A stretch of 64,000 bases of DNA, from IMG/VR virus record IMGVR_UViG_3300022200_000019, positions 148,918-212,917 of that record; one strand, given 5' to 3'. The notes beneath the pieces are model-generated. The model did not search any database, had not been told where the DNA came from, and was given only the letters and a program-made list of their open reading frames with translations. Position numbers and translations under genes: made by a program. The first letter of the stretch is position 1, and each line of letters starts with the position of its first letter. Shown piece by piece: positions 47,199 through 57,600 of the stretch.

Positions 47199-47930
47199 AT
47201 GAGAGATTATTTATTAGACATTGTTAGTCACACACACGACTTAGGGACCATTGATTTGATCAAAATCACTGGCGATGCCAATCAGACCATTATTGATGGT
47301 ATTGCAAGTAACAAAACTGTGGTTGTCAAGGGTGCTTTCACAGTTCCCAGTGCAGAACTCACAGGCACATTTGGTATGCCCAACTTGAACAATCTGAAGA
47401 CTCTGCTCAACCTGGAAGCATACAAAGAAGATAGCAGCATCACGCTCACGACCATCACAGCTGATGGTCAGACAGTACCAACTGGACTACATTTTGAAAA
47501 CAAGGACGCTGATTTTAAAAACGACTATCGTTTCATGGTCAAAGATGTTGTTGACAATCAACTCAAGTCAGTGCAATTCAAAGGCACGACCTGGGGCGTA
47601 GAATTTAATCCCACCATTGCCAGCACTCAGAGATTGAAGATGATGGCCAGCACCAACAACACTGAAGTGTCATTCCAAACCAAACTGGATGGTGATCGAC
47701 TGATGGTTTATTTTGGTGATCACAGCACACACGCTGGTGAATTTGTGTTCCAGACCGGTGTATCTGGCACACTAAACAAAACACTGAGTTGGCCAACTGA
47801 AGTGGTTATTAAGATTCTTGATCTGGCAGGCGACAAAACCATGCGTATCTCCGATTCAGGAATTGCAGAAATTACTGTAAATTCAGGACTGATTGAATAT
47901 TCCTATCTGATCCCGGCACTTAGCAAATAA
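47199..47930 (+). CDS. Probable DNA polymerase sliding clamp (gp45-like)
   Basis: About 243 aa alpha/beta protein near PolB; FGMPNLNNLKTLL; AAGGA SD before ATG 47199. Confidence 0.55.
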   Translation: MRDYLLDIVSHTHDLGTIDLIKITGDANQTIIDGIASNKTVVVKGAFTVPSAELTGTFGMPNLNNLKTLLNLEAYKEDSSITLTTITADGQTVPTGLHFENKDADFKNDYRFMVKDVVDNQLKSVQFKGTTWGVEFNPTIASTQRLKMMASTNNTEVSFQTKLDGDRLMVYFGDHSTHAGEFVFQTGVSGTLNKTLSWPTEVVIKILDLAGDKTMRISDSGIAEITVNSGLIEYSYLIPALSK

Positions 47931-49459
47931 TGAATAAAGATCTAACATCTGCACAGCAAGACTATGCCATTTATCTGCCGGCTATTAGTGGATTTTATTC
48001 CACATATATTGGCAAACAGCAGTATGGTGAATATGTTCCAGCCAGCAGAATGCCTGCTGGCATTCCAGAAATGGAAATGCTGAACTTTTTTAATCCCAAT
48101 AAAGGACTGTATCAGTATCAGTGGGGATTGTATTCAGCTGGACATGCCAATCTGAAATTAGACAAACACGATCCCAAAGAAGCAATGATCCGTGAACGTG
48201 GTGCACACACCACATTGGTTGCTGACTCAGGTGGATTTCAGATCGCCAAGGGTGTCTGGGAAGGCGAATGGGCTAATCCCAATTGTCCTCGTGCAGAAAA
48301 ATATCGCAGTCAGGTATTGAAATGGTTGTGCGAAATCAGCGATTATTCCATGGTACTGGATATTCCAACGTTTGCCTACCTGGATCCTGAAGCATCAGCC
48401 AAGAATGGTATTCGTAGTTATGATGATGCTGTCAATGCAACCATCTATAATCATGAATATTTCATCAAGAACAGCTACAACGATGCTAAATTCCTGAACG
48501 TGCTTCAGGGCAACAACCATACTGATTCTGATAATTGGTATGAAATCATGAAGCAATATTCAGATCCCAAGAAATACGATAAATTTTTCCGTGGTTGGGC
48601 GTTTGGTGGTGCAAACAAAGCAGATCTTCATCTGTCACTCAAACGCATCGTAACACTGATTCATGACGGTCTTTTGCAAACTGGCATGCATGACTGGATG
48701 CATTTCCTGGGAACTGGTCAGATTGAATGGGCGCCAGTGCTAACTGCAATTCAGAGAGCTGTGCGCAGACATCACAATCCCAACTTTACCATTAGTTTTG
48801 ACTCTGCAAGTCCATTCTTGTCAACTGCAAATGGTCACATATACACACATTCTGCGACACCAGCACACGCACGTTGGTCTCTGAGAACTGATGTTGCCGC
48901 AGACAATAAGAAATACGCATCTGATACCAGAGCATACCGAGATGCAGTTACCAGTGATGGCATTAATCAGTTCTTTGAAGATTCTCCCATCACAGAAAAG
49001 CTAAAGATCAATGATGTGTGTGTTTATGCGCCAGGTGAGTTAAATAAGATTGGCAAAGAAGGTAAAACCAGTTGGGACAGTTTTTCCTATGCTTTGCTCA
49101 TGGGACACAATGTCTGGCATCACATCAACGGAATACAACAAGCAAATCGAATGGCTGACGCAGGTATCTTTGCATCAACGCTGGAAAGCACACTGATTCA
49201 TGATCATTCAAACATTCAGACCATTATTGATAAAATCTTTGCAGAACCTGATTACGACAATCGCATGTCGCTAATTGACCATTACAGTAAATTCTGGGCC
49301 AAATTGCCAGGGTCTTCTGGCATGGGCGGAAGCGAAAAGAAGGTCAAGAATTCAGATACAAACTTTGATAATCATTTTGAAGAAGTCAATAATGAAATTT
49401 CAGTTGATGATTCAGATTTTAATCAACAAAGACTTGACGAACTAGAGGAATCCGTATAA
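47930..49459 (+). CDS. TGT-fold 7-deazaguanine DNA transglycosylase (DpdA-like)
   Basis: VADSGGFQI, MVLDIP, NVLQG, GWAFGG, MHFLG, SFDSASPF; folE/queD/queE nearby. Confidence 0.8.
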   Translation: MNKDLTSAQQDYAIYLPAISGFYSTYIGKQQYGEYVPASRMPAGIPEMEMLNFFNPNKGLYQYQWGLYSAGHANLKLDKHDPKEAMIRERGAHTTLVADSGGFQIAKGVWEGEWANPNCPRAEKYRSQVLKWLCEISDYSMVLDIPTFAYLDPEASAKNGIRSYDDAVNATIYNHEYFIKNSYNDAKFLNVLQGNNHTDSDNWYEIMKQYSDPKKYDKFFRGWAFGGANKADLHLSLKRIVTLIHDGLLQTGMHDWMHFLGTGQIEWAPVLTAIQRAVRRHHNPNFTISFDSASPFLSTANGHIYTHSATPAHARWSLRTDVAADNKKYASDTRAYRDAVTSDGINQFFEDSPITEKLKINDVCVYAPGELNKIGKEGKTSWDSFSYALLMGHNVWHHINGIQQANRMADAGIFASTLESTLIHDHSNIQTIIDKIFAEPDYDNRMSLIDHYSKFWAKLPGSSGMGGSEKKVKNSDTNFDNHFEEVNNEISVDDSDFNQQRLDELEESV

Positions 49460-49460
49460 A

Positions 49461-49649
49461 ATGCCTACTGTATCAGAAATACAACGACAATTAACCGCAG
49501 TTAGTAAGAAATTATCAGAAGCAAAAGATACACATCAACAAGACGAACTTCGTAAGAAGAAAACAGCGTTAACATTAGATTTAAGAAGAGCTCAACAACG
49601 AGCATGGAATAACCGCAACGACAACATAGACTGGGGCGATGGATACTAA
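49461..49649 (+). CDS. Small coiled-coil protein
   Basis: 62 aa, in operon order. Confidence 0.5.
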   Translation: MPTVSEIQRQLTAVSKKLSEAKDTHQQDELRKKKTALTLDLRRAQQRAWNNRNDNIDWGDGY

Positions 49650-50145
49650 ATCAGCACACAGCAACTTTAAAGGGCGGTACTTTACTGGTACTGAAGTAGA
49701 ACAAACTGCAATGTATGGTAAGCCTACACTATTTGTAGTAGGCGAGCCAGATTTGGATGGTATTCAAGAACAGCTAGACGCAAATCCTGATATTCAGCAC
49801 GTTCGCTTTGGTGCTAATATGAGTTTTAATGCAAAAAAACTCCATAACTGGGAAGCAGTTATTATGGATTTCTTACGTGAAGAGTATTGGTGTACACTAG
49901 ACTTTGATATCCAATATGTTAATGATATTCTCGAAACCGAAATGGTCGAATGGCATCGTTTCGTTCCAGTGGTATCAGCCAAACTTCCCTATATCGACCA
50001 ACTTGGATATAACGCAGTACTTAAACTTGACGATGCACATTTTAAGGCAACTAACCCCGGAGTCTGGATTCATCGAGTACGAGATTTAATGAACACAGAA
50101 TCATTTACAGATTGGTCTCGGTATGAAGACAATAAGGCACCATGA
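49639..50145 (+). CDS. Hypothetical protein in the dpd cluster
   Basis: 168 aa; FTGTEVE..TLFVVG, ATNPGVW. Confidence 0.65.
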   Translation: MDTKSAHSNFKGRYFTGTEVEQTAMYGKPTLFVVGEPDLDGIQEQLDANPDIQHVRFGANMSFNAKKLHNWEAVIMDFLREEYWCTLDFDIQYVNDILETEMVEWHRFVPVVSAKLPYIDQLGYNAVLKLDDAHFKATNPGVWIHRVRDLMNTESFTDWSRYEDNKAP

Positions 50146-50600
50146 TGGAAGAACAAATTAAACAAGCACAAATAGAAACTGCCAATCGTATTATGGATAA
50201 GGCACCTCGTATGATTTGGGTAACACTTCAAAAAGAAGGTGTGCATCGTTATCCAGGTGCCGATACTGATCCTAAACTCGCAACAGGCGACTGGGATGAT
50301 GTAAGTTTTCTAGGTGTTCCTCACAGACATATCTTTCACTTTAAGGTATGGATTGAAGTATTTCACAATGATCGCGATATTGAGTTTATCCAATTTAAAC
50401 GTTGGATCACTAGACTGTACGATCAAAGTGTGTTACAGTTAGACTATAAATCATGTGAAATGATAGCAGATGATTTATATGCTGAAATCGCTACTAAATA
50501 TCCAGGTCGCGCCGTGTGGATTTCAGTTAGCGAAGATAATGAAAACGGCGCATTTATTCAATATAATACAACTAAACCAGTGAATTCACTGAAAATTTAA
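50142..50600 (+). CDS. QueD-paralogous T-fold protein (DpdL-like)
   Basis: LGVPHRHIF (LxxxHRHxF), EFIQFK, SCEMIA, VSEDNENG. Confidence 0.65.
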   Translation: MMEEQIKQAQIETANRIMDKAPRMIWVTLQKEGVHRYPGADTDPKLATGDWDDVSFLGVPHRHIFHFKVWIEVFHNDRDIEFIQFKRWITRLYDQSVLQLDYKSCEMIADDLYAEIATKYPGRAVWISVSEDNENGAFIQYNTTKPVNSLKI

Positions 50601-50614
50601 ACAAGGCAACTAAA

Positions 50615-50827
50615 ATGTCAAATAAGAAGAAGTACAATAACCCTCGTGTTAATCAAATTTTTGATGATCTGGAGGATTATCTTGATTTTTGCCGTGTATA
50701 CGGCTATCGTTTTAATGAAGCAGACTTGTACAATATGCAGTCATATCCGTTCCAGCAGTTCAATAAGAAGCGTAATGGCAAGAATTTTAAGGATCAAGCA
50801 GGTGTTGATCTAGCACGCATGCGTTAA
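50615..50827 (+). CDS. Small hypothetical protein
   Basis: 70 aa; AAGG SD. Confidence 0.6.
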   Translation: MSNKKKYNNPRVNQIFDDLEDYLDFCRVYGYRFNEADLYNMQSYPFQQFNKKRNGKNFKDQAGVDLARMR

Positions 50828-51204
50828 TGTTTTACGTTATTCATAACACAGCAAACCAAGAAGGCGGCGAACACCTGTCACAACAACTTTGCAATTTATA
50901 TGGCGGAGAGAATGTGGCAGATGTTCGCGCTGCCGATACTTCCGTTCCCGATAGTGGCGATGCTGGACACTATTGGACTGCGGCACAGGTATTAATGAAA
51001 TTGTGCGATATGTACGCCGATAATGTTATTACTTCGGATGATACACTTATCTTTACTTGGTTCCATGATCCTAACGCTAGACTCGTTAATGACCTAAATA
51101 TTAGCTATAATGTACAACCCAAGCAGTACTGGTATACATTTGAAGGTACTGGTGTTTGGGAAATAAGCTCACATAAGTTTATGAAACTTGAAGAGTTGGT
51201 GTAG
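50827..51204 (+). CDS. Hypothetical protein
   Basis: 125 aa, coupled to the upstream stop. Confidence 0.5.
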   Translation: MFYVIHNTANQEGGEHLSQQLCNLYGGENVADVRAADTSVPDSGDAGHYWTAAQVLMKLCDMYADNVITSDDTLIFTWFHDPNARLVNDLNISYNVQPKQYWYTFEGTGVWEISSHKFMKLEELV

Positions 51205-51932
51205 TGCGAAAATTAATAATTGCAGGAAGTTCTTGGTCAGCTGGCACTTGGAAATTTGAGGAGCCAAACATCTATGCGCTGGATGAACCAGGTCTACAAT
51301 TACTATCAGAAAAATACAACGTAATTAACCTCAGTCGCGGCAGATCAAGTAACTGGCAATCTCTAAACACAATTATAAATTATTTTAACCATATCAGTGA
51401 CGAGTTGTTCGATGACACAGATGTTTTACTAGGTCAAACAGATATGTTCCTAGACAAAATGAGCAATTTGTTTGATGTTGACTATTCTGATTTATACAAA
51501 AGGGCTGTGGATTTTGAGAATTTTTACTTGTCTGCGGCAGAATTATTTTATTACAAATTGGATGCTATTTCCAAAACTATTAAAAAACCAATCCATATCA
51601 TCGGAGAATCATCTGATGTAGATGTTAATTTGTTGCATTCAATTACAGATAGAGTAAACGTAATATGTAGTAGTTGGGTAAAACTATTTAAAACAGATCA
51701 TCATGAATCGTTGATTCCGTTGGTAATAAATAAAAATTTTCTTCCAACAGCAAAAAAGAACCAACGACTTGATATTGCCATGCAAGGTACTGAGTATTCA
51801 GACTTAAATTTTAAAGAATTTATGAAATTACAAGAATCTGAATATATGGGAAATTTTATCGGTGATTTTCATCCAACGTCAAGTGGACACGACTTAATGT
51901 CCAGAAAAATTTTGTCTTATTTCGATGTTTGA
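51204..51932 (+). CDS. SGNH/GDSL-like hydrolase
   Basis: IAGSSWSAG, NLSRGRSSN, DFHPTSSGH. Confidence 0.55.
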   Translation: MRKLIIAGSSWSAGTWKFEEPNIYALDEPGLQLLSEKYNVINLSRGRSSNWQSLNTIINYFNHISDELFDDTDVLLGQTDMFLDKMSNLFDVDYSDLYKRAVDFENFYLSAAELFYYKLDAISKTIKKPIHIIGESSDVDVNLLHSITDRVNVICSSWVKLFKTDHHESLIPLVINKNFLPTAKKNQRLDIAMQGTEYSDLNFKEFMKLQESEYMGNFIGDFHPTSSGHDLMSRKILSYFDV

Positions 51933-52536
51933 CACAATACTTAAATTTGAAAACGTACTGGCTGAATACACAAATGCTCCGTATGCAGTTATGACTGACT
52001 GCTGCACACATGCAATTGAGTTATGCTTACGATACCAACAAAGTACGGAGCATCTAGATCACGTAGAGTTTACTGCATACACATACCTAAGTGTTCCAAT
52101 GACCATGCATAAGCTCGGAATTAACTATGACCTGCATGATGAATACTGGATCGGCGAATATCCAATTCATGGTACACAAATTTGGGACAGTGCCAGACGT
52201 TTAGAACGCAATATGTACCGCACAGGCACCATGCAGTGTTTGAGTTTTGGTTATTCTAAACCCATTGAAATTGGTCACGGCGGTGCTATACTGTTAGACA
52301 ACGAAGCAGCGTACAATAAACTAATTCGCATGCGCTATGATGGCCGCGACCTAGATATTAGTCCATGGTCGGCGCAGGTAATGTTTGAAGTTGGTTATCA
52401 TTATAGACCAACAGTAGAAGATGCTGAGCGTGGACTAGAATTACTAGAAAAATATAAAAACAAAAACAACACAAATCCTGTATATGTACAATATCCAGAC
52501 TGTAGATCTATTACTATAAATAAAAATGTTACATAA
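51925..52536 (+). CDS. Short DegT/DnrJ-type PLP aminotransferase
   Basis: DCCTHAIELCL, WDSA, SFGYSKP..GGAIL, RMRYDGR, GYHY. Confidence 0.75.
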   Translation: MFDTILKFENVLAEYTNAPYAVMTDCCTHAIELCLRYQQSTEHLDHVEFTAYTYLSVPMTMHKLGINYDLHDEYWIGEYPIHGTQIWDSARRLERNMYRTGTMQCLSFGYSKPIEIGHGGAILLDNEAAYNKLIRMRYDGRDLDISPWSAQVMFEVGYHYRPTVEDAERGLELLEKYKNKNNTNPVYVQYPDCRSITINKNVT

Positions 52537-52550
52537 CGGTAACAACCTGA

Positions 52551-52579
52551 TTGACAACAACGTGTTAATCTTGTATAAT
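52551..52579 (+). promoter_or_regulatory. Consensus sigma70 promoter of folE-queD
   Basis: TTGACA-N17-TATAAT. Confidence 0.85.
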
Positions 52580-52614
52580 ATCAATATTAAATCCGTGTAA
52601 GGAAGGGGTATAAA

Positions 52615-53295
52615 ATGAGTTTTAATAAAACAAAAACCGATCCTGTTCTGGGTCGTGAAGTTCATGAATGGTTAGTTAAATGCGGGGTCGAAACACCTGT
52701 TGAAGATATGGGCATCGATCGCAAAGACAAAATCGAAATCATTGAAAGACATTTTGCTGAAATTATGCGAACCATGGGGTTGGATCTAACTGATGACAGT
52801 CTGATGGAAACGCCCAAACGTGTCGCGAAAATGTATGTCAACGAAATATTTTGGGGTTTGGACTATGAAGCATTTCCGAAGTGTACTACTGTAGATAACA
52901 AAATGTCATATGATGAAATGGTTATCGAAACTGGTATTAACGTACAGAGCAACTGTGAACACCATTTTGTGGTGATTGATGGTCGAGCAACTGTTGCGTA
53001 TATTCCAGACAAGGTTGTGCTTGGGCTGAGTAAAATGAATCGCATCGTAGAATATTTCAGCAAACGTCCACAAATTCAGGAACGTTTAACTGAGCAAGTT
53101 TATCATGCACTGCAATACATCCTGGGAACAGACAACGTCGCTGTACTAATCGACGCACAACACTATTGCGTCAAGAGTCGTGGCGTTGAGGATGTAGGTT
53201 CTAGTACCATTACCAGCAAACTAGGTGGTGTATTCAAATCAGACCCAAGTGCTCGCGCAGAGTTCTTGGCAATTGCTCGTGATAATTGCAAATAA
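52615..53295 (+). CDS. folE: GTP cyclohydrolase I
   Basis: ETPKRVAKMY, SNCEHHF, GLSKMNR, RPQIQERLT, HYCVKSRG. Confidence 0.95.
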   Translation: MSFNKTKTDPVLGREVHEWLVKCGVETPVEDMGIDRKDKIEIIERHFAEIMRTMGLDLTDDSLMETPKRVAKMYVNEIFWGLDYEAFPKCTTVDNKMSYDEMVIETGINVQSNCEHHFVVIDGRATVAYIPDKVVLGLSKMNRIVEYFSKRPQIQERLTEQVYHALQYILGTDNVAVLIDAQHYCVKSRGVEDVGSSTITSKLGGVFKSDPSARAEFLAIARDNCK

Positions 53296-53305
53296 GGAGA
53301 ATAAT

Positions 53306-53893
53306 ATGGGCGTTAAGGTAAAATCAACGAAAGTATATAGATACTTGCCTTGTGGTCACGCACAGTTCTTTGATCTGGAACCAGATGGTAGTCCGGGAGA
53401 GTGTGCTAGCGTACACGGATATGATCGTTCAGTAGAACTCACATTTGCTGGTGACATTGACGACATGGGATGGATTGTTCCATTTGGTGAACTCAGTGCC
53501 GTGAAAAAGTTTATTGAATATTACTTTGATCACGTAACTGTGTTACCAGCAAACGATCCACGCTTGGATCAAATTACATCAGAAATGAAACAGCCTGGTG
53601 GTATTCTTGGTACTGTACGTATCCTACCAAGCGGTGTATCAATGGAAATGAGTTCACTATTCATTTGGGAATGGGTTAACCATTATATCTTTGATATCAC
53701 AGATGGTCGTTGCTATGTAGAAGGTGTGCGTGTATACGAACACGATCGCAATGACGCAATGATTGAAGTGGATCGCGAAACTGCTATCAAAGATGCAAGT
53801 AAGAAGATTGCGGCAGGTGAAGAAATCCTTCCACTCATCGACGAATGGTATTGGGAAGCACCCAAAGACGCAGTAGCAAGGATTGAAGGGTGA
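53306..53893 (+). CDS. queD: 6-carboxytetrahydropterin synthase
   Basis: CGHAQ..C..VHGYDR, VPFGEL, YFDH, VYEHDRN; AGGAG SD before ATG 53306. Confidence 0.85.
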   Translation: MGVKVKSTKVYRYLPCGHAQFFDLEPDGSPGECASVHGYDRSVELTFAGDIDDMGWIVPFGELSAVKKFIEYYFDHVTVLPANDPRLDQITSEMKQPGGILGTVRILPSGVSMEMSSLFIWEWVNHYIFDITDGRCYVEGVRVYEHDRNDAMIEVDRETAIKDASKKIAAGEEILPLIDEWYWEAPKDAVARIEG

Positions 53894-54222
53894 AGTTAGG
53901 TGGTTATTTTGATGTAGGCGGCACTGTTGTAAAACAGGATGACCGCTATATTGTTAAAGATAATACAGAACTAAACAACTTAGTTCTTAGTTCTACAAGA
54001 CTTAATCCAAACAAAAGTACTTCTGGACATAAACATGAAGGTCAAGAAGAAGTATATATGTTTATTACTGGTAGCGGCGAAATGGAATTAGACGACGAAA
54101 AGTTTTCTGTCACTGCTGGAGATATTGTTACAATAAAAGATGGAGTATTTCATCGTGTCCACGCTGGGCAGTATGGTTGTTATTTTATTTGTGTATTTGA
54201 TGGTTCAAGTAAACAACGATGA
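53890..54222 (+). CDS. Cupin-domain protein
   Basis: GHKHEGQEEVYMF..G.G, GDIV.IKDGVFHRV. Confidence 0.85.
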   Translation: MKLGGYFDVGGTVVKQDDRYIVKDNTELNNLVLSSTRLNPNKSTSGHKHEGQEEVYMFITGSGEMELDDEKFSVTAGDIVTIKDGVFHRVHAGQYGCYFICVFDGSSKQR

Positions 54223-54371
54223 AATGGCGGGTTTGGTGTAGGACTTTGGGGGCTAAAATCTCAGAGGACAAAAAGGAAGCAGACTATGCGTGTCTGTTCA
54301 GGACGATTTATACTGGTATAATGTTTGTTACCTGCTTCTTTATTATTGCTGGAGTCCTACACCAATGGTAA
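54219..54371 (+). CDS. Small membrane protein (50 aa, not in ORF track)
   Basis: MKWRVWCRTLGAK..EADYA..RT..FIIAGVLHQW; ATGA overlap. Confidence 0.6.
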   Translation: MKWRVWCRTLGAKISEDKKEADYACLFRTIYTGIMFVTCFFIIAGVLHQW

Positions 54372-54493
54372 GAATATTAATTCTTGGTTCTGCGATTTTT
54401 CTAAGTGGGTGTACTGGGTTTACGGTTTGCTGGCAGGATTGTCAACAAATTGTGCCAGTAGAACCAACCCCTAAATTGGTAATAGAACCGTAA
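54365..54493 (+). CDS. Small lipoprotein (42 aa)
   Basis: MVRILILGSAIFLSGC lipobox. Confidence 0.55.
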   Translation: MVRILILGSAIFLSGCTGFTVCWQDCQQIVPVEPTPKLVIEP

Positions 54494-54524
54494 GTTATTG
54501 ATTTTACAGTCTAACTTTTTTACC

Positions 54525-54561
54525 AAAAGCCGCTTGACACAGCGGCTTTTTTATGTATAAT
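54525..54561 (+). promoter_or_regulatory. Terminator hairpin overlapping a sigma70 promoter
   Basis: AAAAGCCGCT-TGACAC-AGCGGCTTTT; TTGACA 54534-54539, N16, TATAAT 54556-54561. Confidence 0.75.
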
Positions 54562-54609
54562 ATACAACGTAACTAACACTTTTAACCCATCCACAACGGA
54601 GACACTAGG

Positions 54610-57600
54610 ATGGACTTTACAAAAAGTAAAATTGCTATCGCTGTTGCTACTGCTGCTACCCTCACTGGGTGTGGTGGAGGTGGTGGCGGTCCGCAAACAC
54701 GCCCAAGTCCAATTATCGAATGGGGCAACGGCGTATACGATCCTTGGTTGTTAACTTCATCAACAGACACTACAGTTAACGACACCACCGAAGTCGACTG
54801 TCGCAATGACAACTACGAGCGTAATGTTTGGTGGGAAAAGATCATCGATGGTGTTCGTACAGGCATCAAAGGCGATTTAATTCGCGTCGAAACTAAAACT
54901 GAGGAAGTGTGTGTAAACACTACTGTTTCCCGTTATGAGGATGTTGAGACTAGCGAAAGTACAGTTACTCGCGGCACAACAACTGTTGAAACAACGTATA
55001 CCGATACTACAAGCGTTACCACTGATGTTAGTGGTAACACGGTTACAGAAGTGTGGCGCACATATACAGACACAACTACTACGCCTGTAACTACAACCAC
55101 AGTAACTACCACCACACGCACAACTTATTATAGCAACGGTACAAGTTCAAGCGAAGTAATCGATTCACAAACAACCCAGGAGACAAGCAATGATGTTACC
55201 AGTTCCGCCAGAGAAGCTGAACTCGTTAGCAGAACTGTTACTGCAAATCTTATTAGCAGCACACTAAGTTCCGTAGACGAAACCACAACCACTAACGGTA
55301 CGCCAACATCTGTTACAACTTATACAGATGAAACTCGTACCTTAGAGGATGCAAACGGTAGTACAGTTACAGAAGTGTGGCGTGTATATACTACAACTGT
55401 TACCACTCCTGTAACTACTACCGTAACTACAACTGTAACACGCATTGATACATATTCTGATGGTAGAACTATTCCAGAAACTGTAAGTGTTACACCAGTT
55501 TCTTCAACTGCTAATACAACATCTACTTCTACCACAGAAGAATTGTTGTCTAGTACTACAACACCTAATGTTGTAAGCACATCAACAAGTAGTGCCGACT
55601 CAGTTACTACATCAACTGGTACTGCTACAACAGAAACAACATATGTTGATGATGTGCGCACCAGTTTGGACGCTAACGGTAGTACTATAACTGAGACTTG
55701 GCGAGTATATACGGACACCACAACCACTCCAGTAACAACTACAACGGTCACTACGATTACTCGCACTACTGTTTATACCGACGGTACATCCGTTACTGAA
55801 CCTGTTAGTGTTACAAGTGCAGATTCTACAGAAAATACAGTAACTACTTCTACTCGCGAAGAATTACAATCACGTACAGTAACACCAAATGTTGCTAGTA
55901 CTGCTGATTCATCCAGCGATGTAACGTCAACCTCAACAGGGACTGCTACTGTTACTACAACCTATGTAGATGATGTACGTACTAGTTTGGATGCTAATGG
56001 CAGCACAGTTACAGAAACGTGGCGTGTACACACAGACACAACTACCACTCCAGTAACAACAACAGTTACAACTACAACAACTCGCACCACAACCTACACA
56101 GACAGTTCTACTACCTCCGAAGTGATTGATGTTAGCAGCACTGAATCGGTATCCAATACTGTTACAACTGCTACCCGAGAAGAACTATTATCTAGTGTAA
56201 CCACGCCAAATGTTGCTGGTACATCAGACTCAACCAGTTCGAGTACTACTACAACTGTAAGTGATCCTGTGTTTGATCGCACAGTTACTAACACAGACAC
56301 ACGTCCCGATGGTGTTTGGACGTATTATTACGATTATTGGATTACTACAACTACCGCAGTAACTACAGTAACTACTACTCGCACTACAACATATACAAAC
56401 GGCACAACTAATTCAGAAGTAATTGATGTTACAACAACCGAAAATGTTACAACTGCTGAAACATACACTACTCGTATTGTTGCTCCAGAAGCAACACCAG
56501 CAGATCCTTCGGCTCCGGAATCAAATGCGGGTACTGTAATAACACAGGACAATGCTCCTACATTGGATTATGATCCAGCTACATACAATTATTTGACGTA
56601 TTACAATAGCAATTATGTAGGTACTCCTACTGCTGTTGATAGTAACGATCCGGCAGATTTTGCTACAGTTGAAGCAGACAATGGCGCCGTGCTCGATGTA
56701 AACGCAAACTATGCGTATGCTCGAGGTTGGACTGGCAAAGGATCAACTGTAATGATTATGGATTCTGGTATTGACCAAGATCACCCGGAGTTTGAAGGTA
56801 AAATTAAGTATTTGTGGGATGCTGGTTACGATACTCCATATGAAGATACCAACGGGCATGGTACCCATGTTGCTGGTATTGTAGCAGCAAACAAAAACGA
56901 TACGGGTATGCATGGTATTGCATACGATGCTGATCTTGCTATTGCTCGTATCACTGATACTGGATATGGCAACTATTACGCTATTGCAGCACTAGATTGG
57001 GCTAAACAATACGAAGATATTGTTGCTGCTAACCTAAGTTCAAATACTGTATATCCAAGTTCGTATCGCAACGCAATGACTTATCAAGGTGATGGTGTTT
57101 ATACCAATAGCGATGCTACATATGGTGGGGTCAATTATTACAACCTAGAAAACCCAGCAACTTGGGCAGCAGCAATGCCAAGCGAACTGGTACTTACTGT
57201 GAGTGCTGGTAACCAAAGTTTAGGTTACGTTCAAAATCCTGCTACATTTGCTACCGCAGTAGACGCAGACGGTAACTTATTGTTTGACAGACGTATGCTT
57301 GTTGTTGGTAATTGGAACACAAGCACACAATCAGTAGACGGAGCAAAATCAGGACACGTTTGTAAGGATTATACTGTAACTTGTAATGACCCATACTTGA
57401 CCAAAGACTTTTATATTCTTGCTCCGGGTTCGCAAATTAATTCTACCTACCTAAATGGTGAATACAAGAGCATGAGTGGTACGTCAATGGCAGCACCTGT
57501 TGTGGCTGGTGCAGTTGCTATTGTACACCAACTGTGGCCGTATATGAAAGGATCAAATATTGCTCAATTGTTGTTGCAAACAGCGAATAAAACTATCACC

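Noticed and set aside
43526-49459. Apparent codon-usage shift (more CTG/GCC) in the replication block
   Set aside because: Impression by eye only; cannot be quantified without computation, so not claimed.
54223-54609. Possible tRNA or ncRNA in the apparent gap
   Set aside because: No cloverleaf or T-loop consensus; the space is filled by two small ORFs, a terminator and a promoter.
54960-56480. Possible CRISPR or satellite repeat
   Set aside because: The 321-nt period keeps frame and varies at synonymous positions; it is a protein repeat.
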